Below, piece by piece: positions 15,712 through 20,000 of a DNA stretch of 20,000 nt. This stretch comes from an uncultured Clostridia bacterium (GTDB lineage Bacteria > CAYTYR01 > UBA6262). A model generated the notes under the pieces. The model saw only the letters and a program-made list of their open reading frames with translations, was not told the DNA's origin and searched no databases. The stretch's first letter is position 1. Each line of letters begins with the position of its first letter. Location of the stretch: assembly GCA_964441745.1 (NCBI GenBank), contig CAYTYR010000001.1, positions 110,754 to 130,753 on the forward strand. Reading direction: 5' to 3'. Position numbers and translations under genes: made by a program.

Positions 15712-16527
15712 TTATCGGTTATGTTTATTTATCAAAAACCGTATGGCGCTTATAAAAATAAATCCTAAACACATAACAACAACATTTGTTGTCCCGCTCG
15801 GCAGATCGGCTATAAAAGAAATATATATGCCAATAATAGTTGAGACCAGCGCCACTGACATAGAAACAATAAAGATTGTCTTCATCTTTTCACTTACCAG
15901 GAGAGCGGTCATTGCCGGGATAGTCAAATAAGCAAATGACAAAAGCACGCCTGTTGTTCTTACGCTCATAGATATCATAATGCCCATAATAAAATAAAAC
16001 AAGAAATTCCAGAAATTTGTATTGATCCCCTGGGTTTTTGCGGTTTCGCTGTCAAAAAAGGCAAATATAAATCTTCTATAAAACACAATATGCGCCAGAG
16101 ACAATAAAAAAACCAAGGCAATGACCGTATAAACTTCTTTTGTGGTAATAGTGAGGATATTACCTGAAAACATATCTAGCAGACTGCCCTCACCCTCATG
16201 AGATTTGGCAATAAATATAATGCCAAGAGACGAAAACAGGGCATACATAAAACCTATGAATGCTTCCCTGGTTATTCTTCTTTCTTGAGCGTGAAACGAA
16301 AAAACAATAACTCCGGCCATGGTAAATAGTAATGAATAAAATGATGAATTAAATCCCATTAACAAACCAAAGGCAAATCCACAAGCAGCCAGTTGGGAAA
16401 GGGCTATACTAACAAATACTATTCTCCTTAAGACCACATACACCCCAATAAAAGAAAAAAACACTCCTATTAGTGAACTTACCAAAAGCGCTTTCTGTAT
16501 AAACGGAATAGACAACATTTCAAGCAT
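15712..16527 (-). CDS. znuB: Metal ABC transporter permease (ZnuB/MntB, ABC-3 family)
   Basis: GVYVVLRRIVF, F.GNIL, FD.E.A...G, GVLL....L.IP and ADLPSG; multi-TM. The transported metal is uncertain. Confidence 0.88.
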   Translation of the reverse strand: MLEMLSIPFIQKALLVSSLIGVFFSFIGVYVVLRRIVFVSIALSQLAACGFAFGLLMGFNSSFYSLLFTMAGVIVFSFHAQERRITREAFIGFMYALFSSLGIIFIAKSHEGEGSLLDMFSGNILTITTKEVYTVIALVFLLSLAHIVFYRRFIFAFFDSETAKTQGINTNFWNFLFYFIMGIMISMSVRTTGVLLSFAYLTIPAMTALLVSEKMKTIFIVSMSVALVSTIIGIYISFIADLPSGTTNVVVMCLGFIFISAIRFLINKHNR

Positions 16528-16536
16528 AGCTTTCTC

Positions 16537-17280
16537 CTATCCAGGAATAACGATTTTTTTGCCAAAAATAGAGCCAATATGCACTTGCGCATGATAAGTT
16601 CTCCAAAACTCTTTTTCGCTTAAAGCTGTTTCAATGGGAAGAATTTCGAATTTATCAGAGCCAATAAACCCTATTTTTTCAACATAATTGATAACGACAT
16701 TAATAAGGTGGCTTACCATTATGACTGTTATTTTCCCATTATTATGCAGGATTTGAATAAGGTCCATTATCGCTTTCTCGCTTGAGATATCGAGGTCGTT
16801 AGTCGGCTCATCAAGGATCAGAACATCCGGCTTACTTACTAAAGCCCTGGCCATAAGCACCCGTTGTTTTAAACCGCCGGATAAATTCCTGTAAGGGATA
16901 GAGGCATACGCCTCTATCCCAATCTGGTTTAGTACAAGGTTTATTCTAGCCTTATTTGCATTGTTAAATGGCTGCAACATTGGCATTTTAGCATGCAAAC
17001 CCATTTTTACTATTTCAAATACTGTAAAAGGAAAAATATCGTCAATGGTGTTTGACTGTGGGACATAACCATATACCAGTGAATCTTGGCTTGTAATTTC
17101 ACCAGACAGTGGATTAATGAGCCGGAGAATACCCTTTAATATAGTTGTTTTTCCAGATCCGTTAGTCCCGACTATGCCGATAAAATCACCTCTATTTAAA
17201 GAAAAAGACAAGCCAGCCAACACTGTTTTATTATTATACCCTAAGCTCACGTTTTTAAACTGAATTAAGGGATCTTCCAT
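16537..17280 (-). CDS. znuC: Metal ABC transporter ATP-binding protein
   Basis: Walker A GTNGSGKT, GYVPQ, LSGG.KQR, Walker B LILDEPT and VSH switch. Confidence 0.9.
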   Translation of the reverse strand: MEDPLIQFKNVSLGYNNKTVLAGLSFSLNRGDFIGIVGTNGSGKTTILKGILRLINPLSGEITSQDSLVYGYVPQSNTIDDIFPFTVFEIVKMGLHAKMPMLQPFNNANKARINLVLNQIGIEAYASIPYRNLSGGLKQRVLMARALVSKPDVLILDEPTNDLDISSEKAIMDLIQILHNNGKITVIMVSHLINVVINYVEKIGFIGSDKFEILPIETALSEKEFWRTYHAQVHIGSIFGKKIVIPG

Positions 17281-17281
17281 T

Positions 17282-18187
17282 CTAGTCCTCCGTTATTTGT
17301 GAAATGATATAATCAAAAAGACCAATATAGTTTTTGACTGTACCTCTCATCCCGCCTGTAGCAATAGGAAGAATAACTATCTTTGCTCCCGTCTCTTTAG
17401 CGACCAGCGCAGAAGATTTAACAGAATAAATATTTTCATGGAGAATAATCAATCCCCCCAGAGGCTTAAGCTGCTGTATTAAGTGGTTTAAATAGGCCGC
17501 TGATGGCGGGATGCCTGGTTTCGGTTCTATAGTTGCTGTTATCGCCAAGCCAAACCTTCGAGCAAAATACTCCCAGGATTTGTGATAAGAAACAATCTTT
17601 CTCCCTTTATATGGTTCTAATTTCATGCTCCATTCTTTCATTTTATCATCCAGTTTCCTGGCAAATAACTCTTTATTGCGCGTAAAATATTCTTTGTTTT
17701 CCGGCGTTATACGTATAAGACCGGCTAAGATATTCTCCGCTATGACCCGGCCATTTCCCGGGTCAAGCCAATAATGGGGATTACCATAAATATGGACATG
17801 TCCCATACCAGCGTCAACTTTACCGCGGGGAACTTCCAGGCGTTCAATGCCGATAGAAACATCAAGATATCCTGGAGCGCCAAATACTATCCTGGAATTC
17901 CTGGCAGCATCTATGAGGCTGTCTGCCCAGGAGTCATAAGCCATACCGATACGAACGAACAAATCCGCTTTTCTTAAACCCATAACCATACTTGGCCGCG
18001 GCTCAACCGAATTGCAGCCAGATTGGTCCCCATGGGACAGGCTTATAACTTCAATTTTGTCTTGGCCGATCTCCTTGGCAATATCCGCGAGATCGGTAGT
18101 CGTGGTAACAACTTGCAGTTTGGCTTCTGTAGCATATAAAGGAACTGTAAATAATATTATAAATAGCACTGTTTTAAATAATTTCAT
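17282..18187 (-). CDS. znuA: Cluster A-I metal-binding protein (ZnuA/TroA family); start revised to 18187
   Basis: Signal peptide MKLFKTVLFIILFTVPLYA, VVTTTTDLADIA, GNPHYWLDP, YHKSW and IEPKPGIPPS. GAGGAGG RBS precedes ATG 18187. Confidence 0.9.
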   Translation of the reverse strand: MKLFKTVLFIILFTVPLYATEAKLQVVTTTTDLADIAKEIGQDKIEVISLSHGDQSGCNSVEPRPSMVMGLRKADLFVRIGMAYDSWADSLIDAARNSRIVFGAPGYLDVSIGIERLEVPRGKVDAGMGHVHIYGNPHYWLDPGNGRVIAENILAGLIRITPENKEYFTRNKELFARKLDDKMKEWSMKLEPYKGRKIVSYHKSWEYFARRFGLAITATIEPKPGIPPSAAYLNHLIQQLKPLGGLIILHENIYSVKSSALVAKETGAKIVILPIATGGMRGTVKNYIGLFDYIISQITED

Positions 18188-18246
18188 TATCCCCTCCTCA
18201 TATTTGTTCGCATTGCTCAACTGCCAATACCGGGTTGTTAATAGCC

Positions 18247-19458
18247 CTATTCCAGCGGATGGCTGTGTGGCCCGATGCCGAATGACATCTGTAAAAACGC
18301 TTCAAATCTGCCTTCCGGCTCACTGTAATATTTATATTGACCTCTTAAATAAGTGGTTTCGGTCAGGTTTCTCGTGATAATTACTGACTGGGCTCTTGTG
18401 TCCTGGCTTACATCTACGCTAGTAATACCTGATGCGTCTTCATGAGGGAAAGCGTCTTGGGTTTGGTCATAACGCGTGCCAAAACTCCAATACTGGTTTA
18501 GTTTATAGCCAAGATAACTGTAAAACCCGTTTCTTTTAATTGTGCCAATGGGTACTTCGCGGTTTAGCATAAAGTATTCATTCTGCCAGACAATCTTTGA
18601 AAAAGCTGATGGAAATAATTTAAAGGTTATATCTACTCCGGAAACCTGCGTTTTATCTTTGTGCTCTAAATAATGAGCTCCCATTCCTTTTACATAGCTT
18701 ATCCCGCTTACCATTTCAGAATCCCTGCTTATAGGAAACGAAAGTTTAAGTCTCCCTATTGAAACTTGGTCGGCCAGCGAAAATTCTGCATGTTCGTGCT
18801 CTTGATGCAAGTCAACCGTTATGGTATTTCCGCTTGTATCAACAACATCAGCTGTATCTGATTCTTCGGTTGAATGATGATGTCCGGCCGGCGCATGTCC
18901 CCATCCTGCTTCTATTTCCGCAAAAAAGGGCAGCGGAAGAAGATAATTCAAAGACGCTCCTTCCAGCATAAGTCCGTGGTCTCCCATAAAGTTTTTGTGA
19001 ACATCCGGTTGGTCAACAAAAGGCAGATGATGCGGATGAAAACTGTTTACTATACCAAAATTGCCCAGCATTTTACCCGCTTTTAAGCTGAAAGCATTAA
19101 ATAAATTAGTAAAAATAACGTTTGCCTCTTCTATATCAGATTCAATGTTTCCCTCGTGTTTATGAAAGGCAAGAATAACATTGGCTTTCATTTCCGGATA
19201 AATATAGCCTTGATACGCAAACTCCACGCTACGTAGCTGGAGTCTGTCCTTATCTATATCTCCATCTATATTGCACGCTTTACCCACAATTTCTCCGACG
19301 ACGCTTATATCCGGCAAATCTGTGGATACCCCTCTCATCCCTGCCGGTTTTGCCGGTTCCTGCATGACCGCCGTACCACCATAGATGTTCTCCCGGGATT
19401 GCGCAAAAACATTAAATGCTGAAAAGATAAAAATAGAAATTAGCAGAAATAGCCGCAT
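18247..19458 (-). CDS. His-rich outer-membrane beta-barrel (porin-like) of the type found next to Zn-type ABC operons; start revised to 19458
   Basis: Signal peptide ending VFA, PDISVV, IEEA, AGK...FG..N..HPHHLPFVD.P, amphipathic strands, a His-rich loop and C-terminal GPHSHPLE. AGGAGG RBS. Confidence 0.75.
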   Translation of the reverse strand: MRLFLLISIFIFSAFNVFAQSRENIYGGTAVMQEPAKPAGMRGVSTDLPDISVVGEIVGKACNIDGDIDKDRLQLRSVEFAYQGYIYPEMKANVILAFHKHEGNIESDIEEANVIFTNLFNAFSLKAGKMLGNFGIVNSFHPHHLPFVDQPDVHKNFMGDHGLMLEGASLNYLLPLPFFAEIEAGWGHAPAGHHHSTEESDTADVVDTSGNTITVDLHQEHEHAEFSLADQVSIGRLKLSFPISRDSEMVSGISYVKGMGAHYLEHKDKTQVSGVDITFKLFPSAFSKIVWQNEYFMLNREVPIGTIKRNGFYSYLGYKLNQYWSFGTRYDQTQDAFPHEDASGITSVDVSQDTRAQSVIITRNLTETTYLRGQYKYYSEPEGRFEAFLQMSFGIGPHSHPLE

Positions 19459-19476
19459 AACAATTTTCCTCCTATT

Positions 19477-19516
19477 TAAAATAAACTGAAAACCTGGCCT
19501 TAAAATAATAAAGCCA
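19477..19516 (-). terminator. Terminator/attenuator-like hairpin between the leader ORF and the porin gene
   Basis: Minus strand TGGCTTTA-TTATTT-TAAGGCCA followed by GGTTTTCAGTTTATTTT. Confidence 0.4.
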
Positions 19517-19549
19517 TGTTTATAAAGCACTTATATGCTTTTAGTATGC

Positions 19550-19825
19550 TTAGGAATGAACAGGTGGGCTGTGATTGGGAAAGCCGAAGACAGGTTTTGT
19601 TGAATTGGCCAGACAATAAAACAATATCATAAAAAAGAAAACGAGTGGTGTTTCAATAATAATGTTCTCTGGCAGGAGAATAGAATTGAAAATAGCCGCG
19701 AGCAAACAGATAACACAATCTTTGTGATCCTTCTCATCATTATGATAATGAAAAACCATTATCATTGATAAAACAATGAATAAGAAAAGCATTATAGTAA
19801 TAATTAGTTTAGCAACTATTTTCAT
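19550..19825 (-). CDS. DUF2946-like small membrane protein / putative regulatory leader peptide
   Basis: N-terminal TM, then HYH...H..CVIC, a second hydrophobic stretch and C-terminal HSPP (RAPP-like). AAAGGA RBS. Confidence 0.75.
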   Translation of the reverse strand: MKIVAKLIITIMLFLFIVLSMIMVFHYHNDEKDHKDCVICLLAAIFNSILLPENIIIETPLVFFFMILFYCLANSTKPVFGFPNHSPPVHS

Positions 19826-19893
19826 TTTGATCCTTTATTCACAAACAACAAGGTGAAGGCTATATCGCTGACACAACCTGGCAGCCAATAGCC

Positions 19894-20000
19894 TTATAGT
19901 ATTAAATTAAGAATTACCCCTATCGATATAGCTACCAGTACCATAATACAAGCAGCCTTTAACATATCTTTTATTCCTAATTCCCGAATTAAAACCGCAA
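19894..20000 (-). CDS. 3' end (partial) of a FeoB C-terminal / nucleoside-recognition (Gate) membrane protein
   Basis: Manual translation from 19998: AVLIRELGIKDMLKAACIMVLVAISIGVILNLIL*. Resembles the FeoB tail that follows the PC.AT motif (..RELG + final TM). Confidence 0.65.
   Translation of the reverse strand, partial: AVLIRELGIKDMLKAACIMVLVAISIGVILNLIL

Noticed and set aside
1020-19086. Many short alternative-frame or antisense ORFs in the track (e.g. 1302-1649, 2041-2544, 3943-4335, 5596-5985, 8319-8648, 18012-18377)
   Set aside because: They lie within well-supported minus-strand genes, have no recognisable motifs, and are best explained as shadow ORFs.
19459-19530. Longer starts for the porin (19530, GTG) and the binding protein (18220, TTG)
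   Set aside because: Strong SD sequences and signal peptides begin at 19458 and 18187.
19838-19895. Hairpin after the FeoB-like gene (aaggctat...atagcctt) as a riboswitch, and its weak similarity to 18213-18246
   Set aside because: It is too short, shows no recognisable aptamer consensus, and the similarity is mostly limited to GGCTATT after the stop codon.

Overview
Bacterial chromosomal window of a probably anaerobic or microaerophilic diderm; almost every gene is on the minus strand. From the right end leftwards: (1) the 3' end of a FeoB-like membrane protein, a 91-aa CxxC/HSPP (DUF2946-like) leader ORF, a His-rich outer-membrane barrel and a ZnuA/ZnuC/ZnuB-type metal ABC transporter; (2) an 8-gene arsenic operon (arsR, ArsP-type permease, small thioredoxin, arsM, exported thioredoxin, ccdA, AhpD/CMD protein, acr3) with a clear promoter and ArsR operator but no arsC; (3) an LhgO-like FAD oxidoreductase; (4) a GH161-type glucan phosphorylase, an MFS transporter, an unannotated 55-aa gene with its own promoter and terminator, and a cytoplasmic GH5; (5) an operon of an Rrf2 regulator, a 106-aa stand-alone NrdD-type glycyl-radical-loop protein and a rubredoxin-superoxide reductase fusion; (6) a GT2 glycosyltransferase bracketed by halves of a GATTACACAGATT repeat element whose intact copy lies at 6021-6108; (7) on the plus strand, the end of a class IV aminotransferase and a TonB-receptor 3' remnant. 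The strongest candidate for an undescribed system is (5), a possible GrcA-like spare part for oxygen-cleaved class III ribonucleotide reductase. The next strongest are the putative arrest-peptide-controlled metal uptake operon and the split repeat element. All family calls come from motif recognition by eye; no searches were run.
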